From contig NC_068989.1 of NCBI RefSeq assembly GCF_001194135.2, forward strand, positions 37,390,483 to 37,427,148: a stretch of DNA of 36,666 bases, in the 5' to 3' direction. Position numbers and translations under genes: made by a program. Below are positions 10,205-21,549 of the stretch, one piece after another. The DNA is from Octopus bimaculoides (Eukaryota). The first letter of the stretch is position 1, and the number at the start of each line of letters is the position of its first letter. The notes beneath the pieces are model-generated. The model saw nothing but the letters and a program-made list of their open reading frames with translations. It was not told the DNA's origin and did no database searches.

Positions 10205-10965
10205 TCACTTAATACACTTTATATATATTCACTTTATATACTTTATGCACAGTTTTATAGACTTAATACGCAGCACTCATAAAATAAATATTCACTCTTA
10301 TTTTCCATTTTCCCCATCAGCAAAAAAAAAAAAAAAATATCCCGTACATATGATACAACCTTTAGTTAAATTGCATATATCTGCCAAGTAAATAAGCATG
10401 AATATTTCACGGAAGTGCACTTATGTACATGCATTAAGTAATAAGTGATATAAAAAAATCAATTCAATTTTTAAAAATACACTTTTCGCTATCCAATCAC
10501 TACCACCTCCGTCATCTCCACCACCCCNNNNNNNNNNNNNNNNNNNNNNNNNNNNNNNNNNNNNNNNNNNNNNNNNNNNNNNNNNNNNNNNNNNNNNNNN
10601 NNNNNNNNNNNNNNNNNNNNNNNNNNNNNNNNNNNNNNNNNNNNNNNNNNNNNNNNNNNNNNNNNNNNNNNNNNNNNNNNNNNNNNNNNNNNNNNNNNNN
10701 NNNNNNNNNNNNNNNNNNNNNNNNNCGCCACCATCATCTCTCTCCCTCTCTCTCCCTACTCCTTCCTCTATCTCTCCCTCCCCCTCCCCCTTTCTCTTTG
10801 CCTTTCTTTAACCTTACCATCAGAACATCACCCGTCCGCTAAAATTATATTTTTAACTCTCCTCCTCTACCTTCAACTAACTTTTTTAACCACGTAATAA
10901 ATATTACGTTCCCCCTACCTCACGTCATGGATACTTCTCTTTCCCTCTTTTTCTTTCTCTTTCTG
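10205..10965 (+). repeat. Tandem segmental duplication, copy 2 (contains an N-gap and a ~35-bp insertion)
   Basis: See copy 1; extra ATGAATATTTCACGGAAGTGCACTTATGTACATGC at ~10398-10432. Confidence 0.9.
10528..10725. other. Assembly gap (others at 11899-12062, 19562-20420, 24262-24600, 26405-26899, 28255-28986, 35017-35026)
   Basis: N runs, mostly flanked by (TA)n or other simple repeats. Confidence 0.99.
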
Positions 10966-12062
10966 TCTCATTCTTCGCCTTATTCTCTTTTTCTCTTTCC
11001 TTTTTCTTTCTGCTCTCTTTTCCTTCAGCTAATCACGTGAAAGTGTTACATTTACATTGCTTCTACCTCCTTTTCTTTAATCACGTGAAAGCGTTACCGA
11101 CAGGTTAAGTAACGCAATGACAAGCAGAATTATAAGATCATTTGAAAAAATACATTTAGTTTGGAAATTCTGTTAATTATATTGTAGACTTAATACATTA
11201 TAAAATGCATAATTAAGCTATACATCTTGGAAAACTTTTCAGTGTTAATGCTAGAAAATATTGTAATTATGCTAGAAAGTTATATAAATGGTACACCGCT
11301 AATCACAATTTATTCATTATTCCCAGTTAGTTTACCAAGTTACAGAAATCATCAATTAATCACCCAACAAAGTTGATCTAATTTGAAGAACTGATACAAT
11401 TCAAAATCTAGAGATGTTTTTTTTACGTGCAAGAAAAGGAAGCAGCTCAATTATCGTGCAAAAGAATTATCCACTACATTTCATATTAAATATTTAATAT
11501 GAGCAGAAATAGAATCGAGAAAAATATCTACGACACAAGGAGGGAAAAAATGAAGTTTACCCTAAAGTGAGGAACCAATTTAGTAACATTTAATTTAATT
11601 CATGAGAATTTATTTGATCTAATAAGTGTCAATGATATTCCTTCTTTTAAAATATAACGGAAAGTACATGAAGTTGTCAAATATATCACAATTAAAATAG
11701 GAAAAACGAAAACCGGGGTTATGTTAGATATCCCAGATGAATATGTTTGAGATAGTTTCAACATATGAATCTATTTGTAACACTTAAAGACACGTATTGT
11801 GTCCTTTAAATAAATGATATTTATAAATAATATTTATCTCTCACCAGATGGAGTACTTTTTTGATGAATTTTCTACCACGGAACAGAACAATATATATNN
11901 NNNNNNNNNNNNNNNNNNNNNNNNNNNNNNNNNNNNNNNNNNNNNNNNNNNNNNNNNNNNNNNNNNNNNNNNNNNNNNNNNNNNNNNNNNNNNNNNNNNN
12001 NNNNNNNNNNNNNNNNNNNNNNNNNNNNNNNNNNNNNNNNNNNNNNNNNNNNNNNNNNNNNN

Positions 12063-13303
12063 ATGTTTCATGAACTAAAAGTTGGAGGGGGACGGGATAA
12101 ACGACCTGCATCAATTTGCTATAAACGCTATTAGTAATTTTACCTTTTATTTATTCTTAGTGCAAGTTATGAAGAGTGCAGTTAGATTTTAACAGTTATT
12201 TTTTCAAAGCTATAATGGAAGTGACAAAGGAGCATATTCGGTATATTTTGTTTTATGAGTTCAATAAAAGCAACAACGAAACGGAAAGTGCGAGGAATAT
12301 TAATGTAGTATATGGGGATCGGACAATTATCCCAAGCCAGTGTCAACGGTGGTTCTAGAAATTCCCGAAACTACAGCCTAGAAGATGAGCCTCGTCCTGG
12401 AAGATATGTAGAGCTCGACGAAGACGTCCTGCAAACCCTGGGGGAATAAAATCCCATCATGATTATTGAGGAACTAGCAGAGAAGCTTGGATCTTGTCAT
12501 TCAACCATTCATCGACACCTGCGTGCCATGGGAAACGTCAGGAAATTGGGTCAATGGGTTCCTCATAAACTTTCCGAGCCTAATCGTGCGCAGACAGTAA
12601 ATATGTGCTCTTCGTTGCAGTCACATCTCACGAATGAACCGTTTTATGACCGAATAGCGACTGGTGACGAGAAATGGGTTGTCTATAAAAATGTCAAGCG
12701 CCAAAGACAGTGGGTAGGGAAAGGAAAAACACCGGTACCCAAGGCTGAAGAAGGTCTTCCCTCACGCAAGGTGTCGTTATCTGTTTGTTGGGATACGAAA
12801 AGTTTAGTCCACTTTGAACGTTTAAACCCAAACCAAACGAGAACAAATGAGATCTACTGTGAGCAGCTTAAGTCAGCGCTAGAAGAAAAACGACCATCTT
12901 TGGTTTCAAAACGAAAGGTGTTCCATCAGGATAACGCTTGGCCACATACAGCGAGGATGACTTTCTAAAGGCTGGGGCAGTTTGAACGGGAAACGATTTC
13001 CCACCTACCATATTCGCCGGACATTGCCCCATCTGATTATCATTTATTTCGCAGTCTTCAAAATCACTTCGACGAAAAAAATCATGAATTCTGTAGACGA
13101 GATCAGAACAGTACTGGGGGAGTATTTTTCGTCGCGGACAAGTGAATCGTGGAAGAGGGGCCTTGCAAATCTACAGAATAGATGGATGAGCATTGTAGAA
13201 AATGAAGGGGAGTATATTTTAGATTAAAAAACTTTGTTTATCCTAATTGTGAAAAATTAAAGAAGTATATAAAAAACCGCATTATTTATGGGATGACTCA
13301 ATA
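12063..13303 (+). mobile_element. Mariner (Tc1/mariner, DD34D) transposon 1; 5' TIR probably hidden in the gap
   Basis: 3' TIR-like AAAAACCGCATTATTTATGGGATGACTCAA followed by TA at 13302-13303; contains a degraded transposase. Confidence 0.9.
12215..13227 (+). pseudogene. Mariner transposase pseudogene (frameshifts and stops)
   Basis: MEVTKEHIRYILFYEF..., WVPHKL, TGDEKW, HQDNAWPH, YSPDIAPSDY with 34 residues between the 2nd and 3rd D; frameshifts near 12360 and 13080. Confidence 0.95.
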
Positions 13304-13314
13304 TATGTGTGTAT

Positions 13315-13455
13315 GTATGAGAGGTTTCACTCAGTTTTTGTCTTCAACGCATGAGGCTTCGACCAACTCTAATCCATGACAGAGGACACTTTCCCAGAGC
13401 GCTGCACTGTAAGAACGTGCCCTGTTGATAGAAGAGTACTTCTTAACCACAAGTC
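13315..13455 (-). mobile_element. SINE family B-like head remnant
   Basis: GGACACTTTCCCAG...ACTTCTTAACCAC resembles the reverse complement of the family B head. Confidence 0.4.
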
Positions 13456-13971
13456 ATAATTGTGAAAATTTCGCCAGTTCTCGGTAATAGTAACTTATTT
13501 AACTTGGCTAGTGCTGATGTTCAATAGATTATGGGGAGTGATTTGTTGAAAATACGCATCTGTTTACTAGCGTTAAATAACAGGAAAAAATGGTTTTCTC
13601 AGTAGAAGTGGATGCGAATATTATGTGAAGAGCGATATCTTAATAGAAGAGTGAGAATTCTGTGATGTTAGAATAAAACGGTTTAATGAAACATACAGGT
13701 TTTTATAATATATTCTGGAAGTTTATTTGATATCACAATAAAAGCATCGTCCGTAAATTGAAGATGTCAATCCAGGAATGATTTGAAGTATCTCAGGTGG
13801 TTAGAACATTGGCATGAATTATTGGATGGAAACAAGAAAGGAAGCTTCAAAAAATACAAGAAAATACTATTCTTCGAACCTGAGAAATATTTCACCATGA
13901 GAGAATGAGCATTAAGTATATGGTGGCCAATTGGCTAAAACGTTTGAGGCCTGTATTGTAGATTCTAACCT

Positions 13972-14190
13972 TAAGGCGGAAAGCTGGCAGAATCGTTAGC
14001 GCACCAGGCAGAATGTTTGGCGGCATTTCGTCCGACTTGACGTTCTGAGTTCAGATTCCGCCGAGGTTGACTTTGCTTTTTTTCCTTTCGGAATCGATAA
14101 AATAAGTACAATTTGAGTACTGGGGTCGATGTCATCGATTAACCCCTCCCCGAAATAGCTAACTTTGTGCCAAAATTTGAAACCATTATT
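13972..14190 (+). mobile_element. SINE family A, copy 8 (followed by a fragment at 14210-14275)
   Basis: TAAGGCGGAAAGCTGGCAGAATCGTTAGC...GTTCTGAGTTCAGATTCCGCCGAGG...TTTCGGAATCGATAAAATAAGTAC. Confidence 0.9.
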
Positions 14191-14850
14191 AATTCCGGTA
14201 TTTTTATAATCTGGGTTCAAATCCTGTCGATGTCAACTTTGCTGTTCTTGTTTCCTGAGTCGATAAGTACAGCATCAGTCTAGAGCAGTAGAATGGAAAA
14301 CTCGCTGGAACGTCGAACTGAATGTGTTGTGATATTTTTTCCACCTCTTTACGTTTTTCTTTCTACTGCACTTCATGTGTGGTAGATTTAATCATCTCCC
14401 TTTAACAGAACCCTTCGGCCTATTGAAGAATTTAGTTGCAAGCATTCGAATGGATCTCCGGTTTGAGGTAATATCATTTTCTCCCTCCCACAGTCACGGA
14501 GACTTAAAAATGAACGTGAGCATCGTCCTCCCTTTTCTCTAAGTGATTAGTAAAAATTACAAACAAATAAGTTCTTTGGGTTTCACTGTTGAAATTGGGG
14601 AAGGAAAGCTAATGATCACCTTAAAACTACCGGAAATTCAACAGTGTGAGATTCAGAATGAAATATTTTAGAGTGTGAAAATATAATATGATTGCGAAAC
14701 AATTATGAAAAAACATTTATAATATCGCTAAGCCTGGAGTGATACCATCTAAATTATCTGGTGGACTTAAACACAGTTACTCTAATTGAATCGTTAAATA
14801 AACGGAAGAGCAAAAACACGCAATCAACATTGCCTTCGGTAACTTCACAG

Positions 14851-15065
14851 AATGATAGTTATAATTAAGGTTTATAATGGATGATAGTTATAAAAATTTA
14901 TAATGATTATAGTTATAATTAATACTTATAATAGTTGATAGTTATTATTAGTTTCTATAAAGGAAGATAGTTATAATTAGTGTATATAATGATGATAGTT
15001 GTAGTGTTTATTACGGATCATTATTATAATTTGTGCTGGGTGATAATTATAATTAGTGTTTATAA
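14851..15065. repeat. Degenerate ~28-30 bp AT-rich minisatellite (ATGATAGTTATAATTAGTGTTTATAATG-like)
   Basis: GATAGTTATAA/GATAGTTATT recurs about 7 times at near-regular spacing. Confidence 0.75.
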
Positions 15066-15173
15066 AGTAGAGATATTTAAAAACTTTTAAACGATGAAAA
15101 GAAACAGTTGAGATCTTTACAGGAGTGCATTTATTGGTGTAGAGTTTTTCTGAATAACATCTTAGCTGTCCTT

Positions 15174-15390
15174 TAAGACGGCAAGCTGGCAAAATCGTTA
15201 GCACGTGTGGCAAAATGCTTAGCGGCATTTCGCCCGTCTTTATGTTCTGAGTTCAAGACACGTCGAGGTCGACTTTGCCTTTTATCCTCTTCAGGTCAAT
15301 AAAATCAGTATCTCTTGATAACTGAAATCGATGTAATAGACTTACCCTCTCCTCCGAAACAACTGACCTTGTGCCAAGAATCAAAACCTA
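15174..15390 (+). mobile_element. SINE family A, copy 10
   Basis: TAAGACGGCAAGCTGGCAAAATCGTTAGC...TTCTGAGTTCAAG...GGTCGACTTTGCCTTTTATCC. Confidence 0.9.
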
Positions 15391-16256
15391 TATCTTGGTT
15401 GTTCTTGTAGTCGTTGCTATATAACAGAGTGTTTATTTGGAATCTACCGTCATTGATATCTCAGCATGTATTACAAGGAAAAGAGTGGCTCTGAACAACA
15501 GTTTTCTGAAAAATGTTGAGAATTTTCTTAATAAAAAACGTCTAAGTTTCATACTTGAAATACCTTGACACATAATAACTTTATTCGAATACAAAATGCT
15601 TTCACTGATTGATAAAATTTCGACGATATGTTTGCAATTTTACGTTCAGAGAGGGATGGCTTCAAAGAAATGAAGAAGAAACTTAAGATCAGCATAAAAG
15701 GTCTATTAAAATAAAATTCGTTGGTTAAACAAAAATATGAAGTTATTTAGGATTTATTCAATAAGTCGCTTGAAAAATAAGATGCAAACTGAGTTAAAGA
15801 CGATCGATTGTAAAACCATTTTGATGAAAATTACATGGGAAAATATGGAAAAACGCAATTGGGCGAAATGCTTGCTGTAACCTACAGTAATCTATGCATC
15901 TATGAAAACAAAATGCGTTATTGTACAATGAACCACCATTCAACAGAATCCTGCTGAGTTGATCACTGCATAGAGGAACTTGATTGAGAAATATATCTTT
16001 TGTAGTTTTTAAAACCATTTTTCTAGTCATATCGTATCAGAATTTGAACTTATTTAGTCAGGTGGAGGAGAAGGTAGCTCCTGTCATTTCTTTCAAACTC
16101 TCCTATAGAGGTGAAATCGACGTGATTGACGTTCAGCTTGAAAAATCTTAGGTCAATGGTGCCAGGAAAAAAACGGGGGCTGTGCCGAAGACAAGTGTTC
16201 AGAGCAGGGTCTGGGAGGCGGGCGAGAAACAGTGATTATTATTAAAATCTACGCAT

Positions 16257-16472
16257 TAAGGCAGAATCATGAGTGTATCGGGAAAAATGCGCCATTTCTT
16301 CCGGCTCTTAACATTCTGAGTTCGAATTCCGCCTAAGTCAACTTTGCCATTCATCGTTTCGAGGTCGATCAAATACGTAACAGTCAAGTACTGTGGTCTA
16401 TGTAATCGATTAGTACCTTCATCCACCCCCCACAAAATTTCAGGCCCTGTGGCAATATCAAAAGAATTATTT
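16257..16472 (+). mobile_element. SINE family A, copy 11
   Basis: TAAGGCAGAATC...TTCTGAGTTCGAATTCCGCC...CTTTGCCATTCATCGTTTCGAGGTCGATC. Confidence 0.85.
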
Positions 16473-16484
16473 AAATTCACACAT

Positions 16485-16665
16485 TAAGGCGGTGAGTTGA
16501 CAAAAGCGTTAGTTTGTCCCCCAGAATGCTAAGTGGTATGTCTTCTGGTTCTTTACTTTCGAGTTCAAATACCACCAAGGATAACTTTTTCTTTCCTCTT
16601 TTAGAAGTCGATAACATAAAGAGCCAGTCAAGTACTGAGATCGATGTAATCGACTTACCCCTTAT
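16485..16665 (+). mobile_element. SINE family A, copy 12 (head-to-tail with copy 11)
   Basis: TAAGGCGGTGAGTTGAC...CGAGTTCAAATACC...GTCGATAACATAAAGAGCCAGTCAAGTACTG. Confidence 0.85.
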
Positions 16666-17193
16666 AACACATCAAGAAATTTATTGAAAAGGTGGTCTTG
16701 TCTTATCTCACGGACCTCTTTCATTCTCTTTACAGATATCAGGAGTGCAACTAGGATCCCCACTGACCTCTTTACCAAGTTCTTCCTTCACAGAATATCT
16801 TTATCTGGATTACCTTCTTACCCCGGTTTTTCTTGCAACTTTATAGGAAAATTACCGCATTAATATCAACAAGCTGTGAGTAGGTGGGGGAATCTGCGAA
16901 GACCATGATTACAGACTATTACTCTAGAGCAAAACATTAAGAACCAAAAATTAAGTCAACAACCGAACCACATTTTCACCAAATCTCACTGGCTTGCTAA
17001 TTACCTATGTGTTTTGCAACTAACAATTATCTACAATTAGCAAAGTATTTCTCTGTTCGAATGTTCCTATTGCTACAGACAACTATACTTTCATAAAATG
17101 TCTGAAATATGAAGCAGAAATTGAATTAAATATACTTAAATCAAATCACCGAGGGAATCTCAATGTAGTTTCTCGGCCTGCTAAAATTAGCAG

Positions 17194-17672
17194 CCAAAAG
17201 CAAAATGTGTATTTACATAAATTTAGATGGAGAAGTTTCGGAACTATTCTTGCACCATTAGGTTTTTTTACAACCGATTGTAGTCGAACCTGTTAAACAT
17301 GAATTTACACGAATATATTTTATTGAAAGCTGCTTCATGCGACATGAACAATTTAATTCCAGACAACTAAACCATTTGCACATCAGCAGACAGTCCGTCT
17401 GCTGTCTTCATAAGTATAATGTCATACTTACTGGGCTGTGATCGACCAGATTAGATTTCGTAGCTGACGAAACAGATCGACGCAGGAATATTTGCTTCCA
17501 ACAATCTAATGACATCGCACATATCCCAAAACAAAATCTGTACTTACGCAAATCTAGTTGGAGAATTTTCTCCTGCAGCTATGTCATTAGGTCTTTTCAC
17601 GGTCGATTATATCCATGTTAAGCACGATTTCACACTAATATAATTTATCCATAGCTGCTTCATGCGACATGA
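17194..17672. repeat. Diverged tandem duplication (17194-17347 vs 17526-17672)
   Basis: Colinear ~70% identity ending in an identical 20-mer AGCTGCTTCATGCGACATGA (17328-17347 and 17653-17672). Confidence 0.8.
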
Positions 17673-17704
17673 TACACACACACGCATATAGTTAGATAGA
17701 TAGA

Positions 17705-17753
<49 letters not shown>

Positions 17754-18742
17754 ACACATCCATGTATGTGTGCTAAAGATATATAGATATATTTTTGACA
17801 TGTTCCTGTATATTAGGCGTGAATGACATTGGCTGCGGGATTTTGTCTCGAAAATATCCTCTCCATAGACTCTCTATATAAGAACACATCAAGCCTAGTT
17901 CTATGTCTGCAAGTCTGCTTTGTGTTTTAGCGTTATTTTGCCTCTTCAATGACTGACACCGCCGCGGTCATTTGGAACTAAACAGGAACATTTGCTCCTA
18001 TATATAGGAAACAGTAAAATAATACATTTACTGATATATGTTAGATGTGCACGTGTGCATACACGTGACTGTGTGTGCGTGTGTATATGTGTGTATGTGT
18101 GTATGGGTCTATGTATGTATATGTGATTAAGTCAATGAAAGATATAAAACCTCAGTGAAAATCCTCCAATAATCTATGCACGGAACATTCCCAGTTGCTT
18201 TCCCACTAATCCTGCGCTGAATCAATTGGAATCCAATAACAAAGGACGCTATTGCTCACGAAATGTAATATAAAATAAAATTAAAGGAATAAACATGTAA
18301 ATAATAATCATGATTACTTTCTAAATACTTTGCAAATCGTCTCTCGTACATATTCTTCTTGTTTTTATTATTATCATTTAACTCTAGATCTTCCCCCTAA
18401 CCACCAAATCTAAGATCAAAGGTTCTAGCAGTGTTACTCCGTCTTTTTACCTATATAAGGCTGTACAGTCCAATGTGCTCATCTTTATTTTAGAGTAAGA
18501 TGTTTGTTTGATGTAAGGAAATATTCTTATATTCTTTTATTCTTTGACAGTGCTTCGTCATGGACTCGCGCCATGATGTAGCACTGCCTTTAAGGGTTTT
18601 CTTCGGTCACCTCGACACTTGTACATATTTCAGTTATTTTATCAATGTATATTTTATCGAATGTGTTTGTTGCTTTTATTCGTACAACATTGTTCTACAC
18701 CGTTACACATCTACACAAGCACACATACCTACTTATATGCAC

Positions 18743-18794
<52 letters not shown>

Positions 18795-18803
18795 GTCTGT
18801 TTC

Positions 18804-18864
<61 letters not shown>

Positions 18865-18867
18865 GTA

Positions 18868-18925
<58 letters not shown>
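18743..18925. repeat. Compound microsatellite (ATCT)n(GTCT)n(CT)n(AT)n(GT)n
   Basis: Direct reading. Confidence 0.95.
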
Positions 18926-18928
<3 letters not shown>

Positions 18929-19389
18929 ATAACATTCCAAACCTACTTACATATCATCTACCAGTCATTTCTTGTTGCTTCACCCACCGAAAGGTTCCTT
19001 GCGAAAGAATATACAACGCTAAAAAGAACCCAACACAAGTGTAGTATAATCTGTCAAAAGAGAGTACAGTGATGCTCCGAAGTCACTGTTAATAATCTCC
19101 TTGTAATAATTCAATGTCCATGTACTCAGTTAAAATCTATTGAGTAATCTTTCAATTCAATGTTGAATGTTTTTAAAAGTAAATATTGATACACGCACAC
19201 CTATACTTACATACATACATACATGTGTGTGTGCGTGTACGTTTACGAATATTTATATGTATATCTAATCTACACACACACACGCACACAAGTAAGTACA
19301 TAGATGCAAAACAAAGTGGATAAAAATAGCACTCGAATATGGAATGTCGAGTAATATACTATTTATTGAAGTCGAAAATTTTTTTAACA

Positions 19390-19516
19390 AACTGTTACGC
19401 TAAGTTTCAGTTGATCGTTTGTCCGACAGTTGCGATAATGCTGAATAATAAATTATTATAATGCATTATCTATGATTATCGCAGCTGTCTCACTGACGGT
19501 CACTTTGAGTAAGAGT
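19390..19516. mobile_element. Palindromic Penelope-like terminal remnant with decayed back-to-back hammerhead motifs
   Basis: Minus strand AACUGU CGGACAA ...GAAAC uuagc GUA ACAGUU; 15-bp inverted repeat at 19425-19439/19475-19489; mirror remnant TTTGA GTA AGAGTT on the plus strand. Confidence 0.4.
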
Positions 19517-20585
19517 TACTGAATATTTTTGGCTTTAAAAAATAATATATATATATATATANNNNNNNNNNNNNNNNNNNNNNNNNNNNNNNNNNNNNNN
19601 NNNNNNNNNNNNNNNNNNNNNNNNNNNNNNNNNNNNNNNNNNNNNNNNNNNNNNNNNNNNNNNNNNNNNNNNNNNNNNNNNNNNNNNNNNNNNNNNNNNN
19701 NNNNNNNNNNNNNNNNNNNNNNNNNNNNNNNNNNNNNNNNNNNNNNNNNNNNNNNNNNNNNNNNNNNNNNNNNNNNNNNNNNNNNNNNNNNNNNNNNNNN
19801 NNNNNNNNNNNNNNNNNNNNNNNNNNNNNNNNNNNNNNNNNNNNNNNNNNNNNNNNNNNNNNNNNNNNNNNNNNNNNNNNNNNNNNNNNNNNNNNNNNNN
19901 NNNNNNNNNNNNNNNNNNNNNNNNNNNNNNNNNNNNNNNNNNNNNNNNNNNNNNNNNNNNNNNNNNNNNNNNNNNNNNNNNNNNNNNNNNNNNNNNNNNN
20001 NNNNNNNNNNNNNNNNNNNNNNNNNNNNNNNNNNNNNNNNNNNNNNNNNNNNNNNNNNNNNNNNNNNNNNNNNNNNNNNNNNNNNNNNNNNNNNNNNNNN
20101 NNNNNNNNNNNNNNNNNNNNNNNNNNNNNNNNNNNNNNNNNNNNNNNNNNNNNNNNNNNNNNNNNNNNNNNNNNNNNNNNNNNNNNNNNNNNNNNNNNNN
20201 NNNNNNNNNNNNNNNNNNNNNNNNNNNNNNNNNNNNNNNNNNNNNNNNNNNNNNNNNNNNNNNNNNNNNNNNNNNNNNNNNNNNNNNNNNNNNNNNNNNN
20301 NNNNNNNNNNNNNNNNNNNNNNNNNNNNNNNNNNNNNNNNNNNNNNNNNNNNNNNNNNNNNNNNNNNNNNNNNNNNNNNNNNNNNNNNNNNNNNNNNNNN
20401 NNNNNNNNNNNNNNNNNNNNATATATATATATATATATATATATACGCGCGCGCGAGCACACATACACACACACACACACATATATGTATATATATATAT
20501 ACGCACACATACATACGTATGTATATGTTTGTATATCTATGTATAAATGAATATGTCACAGTCAAAACTTTTCTTGTTAAAGTAT

Positions 20586-21549
20586 AATGTCCTAGAGAGA
20601 GAGAAATGAAGGCGTAAAATGTTGTAATATTCCTAAGTATTGAACCGGTAAAAGTACAGGTTAAGTAATAATTAAGAGTAGAAAAATACAGGATAATAAG
20701 AAAAAATCCTTAAAATATCTCTGCTGAAGTTAGAGTTTGCTAACTAACTTTCTGAAATTGTTAATCAAATATTGTGTGCACTGTTTAGTTTCTTATATTT
20801 TTTGTTCTATATTACAAATTTTTAAAATGTAAGTTAATATGTTTGATTAAAATTTTTTTTGTGTTAAGCGAAAACATTTCTGTCTTATTTGCAATGTTAC
20901 ATTATCTTTTAGATTTTATTTTCTGAACTTAACTCATTATCTAAAAATTCTAAATTACAGATATCATGTTAAAATTATACTCATATAGAAAATATGTAAT
21001 TAAAAAATAAGAGTAAAAAATCGTTAAAAAAAGAATTTTTAAAGAAACAAAGAAGTAATTTCTTTAAAGTTTGCATTATCAGATAGCAAAATATTCTCTA
21101 TTGACAGTCAGAAGAATATTTTTAAAAAATGAAAGCTAATGAACAAATAAAGTGCAATGAAAATGGTAGAAATGACTCAATAGCATTAAAAATCTTTGGG
21201 GTTATAATACATTGTCAGTTTTACTTAAATTGCTATTATGTGATATTTTCAATATATAAAGCACCAAATTTGTAATATTAGGCAATTAGTCTTTTCACTA
21301 AATTTGAAACTAAATAGCTTTTTGATTATCTTAATTTAAACTTTTATATAAAAATATAAAAGTATAAGAGGGCATTTATTGCTATTTTAGATTTTACAAT
21401 CTAACTTCAGTAGCAATATTTTAAGTTTTTCTTTTTTCTCTTGTCCTGTACTTTTCCAGGCTGTATTACTGCTTGTCCTGTACTATTTCAGGTTCATAAC
21501 TTAAGAATATCCTACCATTCTGCGCCCGCATTTTTCATTCTAGCCCATT
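20586..21549. mobile_element. Foldback/MITE-like element with ~150-bp imperfect terminal inverted arms
   Basis: 20586-20735 aligns (~70%) to the reverse complement of 21399-21549; each arm has two AAAAGTACAGG-like subrepeats; the interior is AT-rich and non-coding. Confidence 0.7.

Noticed and set aside
11030-11097. 20-bp direct repeats (also 17328/17653) considered as CRISPR-like
   Set aside because: Only two units each, in eukaryotic DNA with no cas genes; local duplication explains them.
13972-14070. A-box/B-box sequences considered as tRNA genes
   Set aside because: No cloverleaf, box spacing is too long, and each continues into the shared SINE body.
18560-19072. 170-aa ORF and the many CV/YI/TH-repeat ORFs
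   Set aside because: They are translations of microsatellites.
19500-20587. Long ORFs of more than 300 aa in the track (also at 24.2, 26.4 and 28.2 kb)
   Set aside because: They consist of X residues from assembly gaps.
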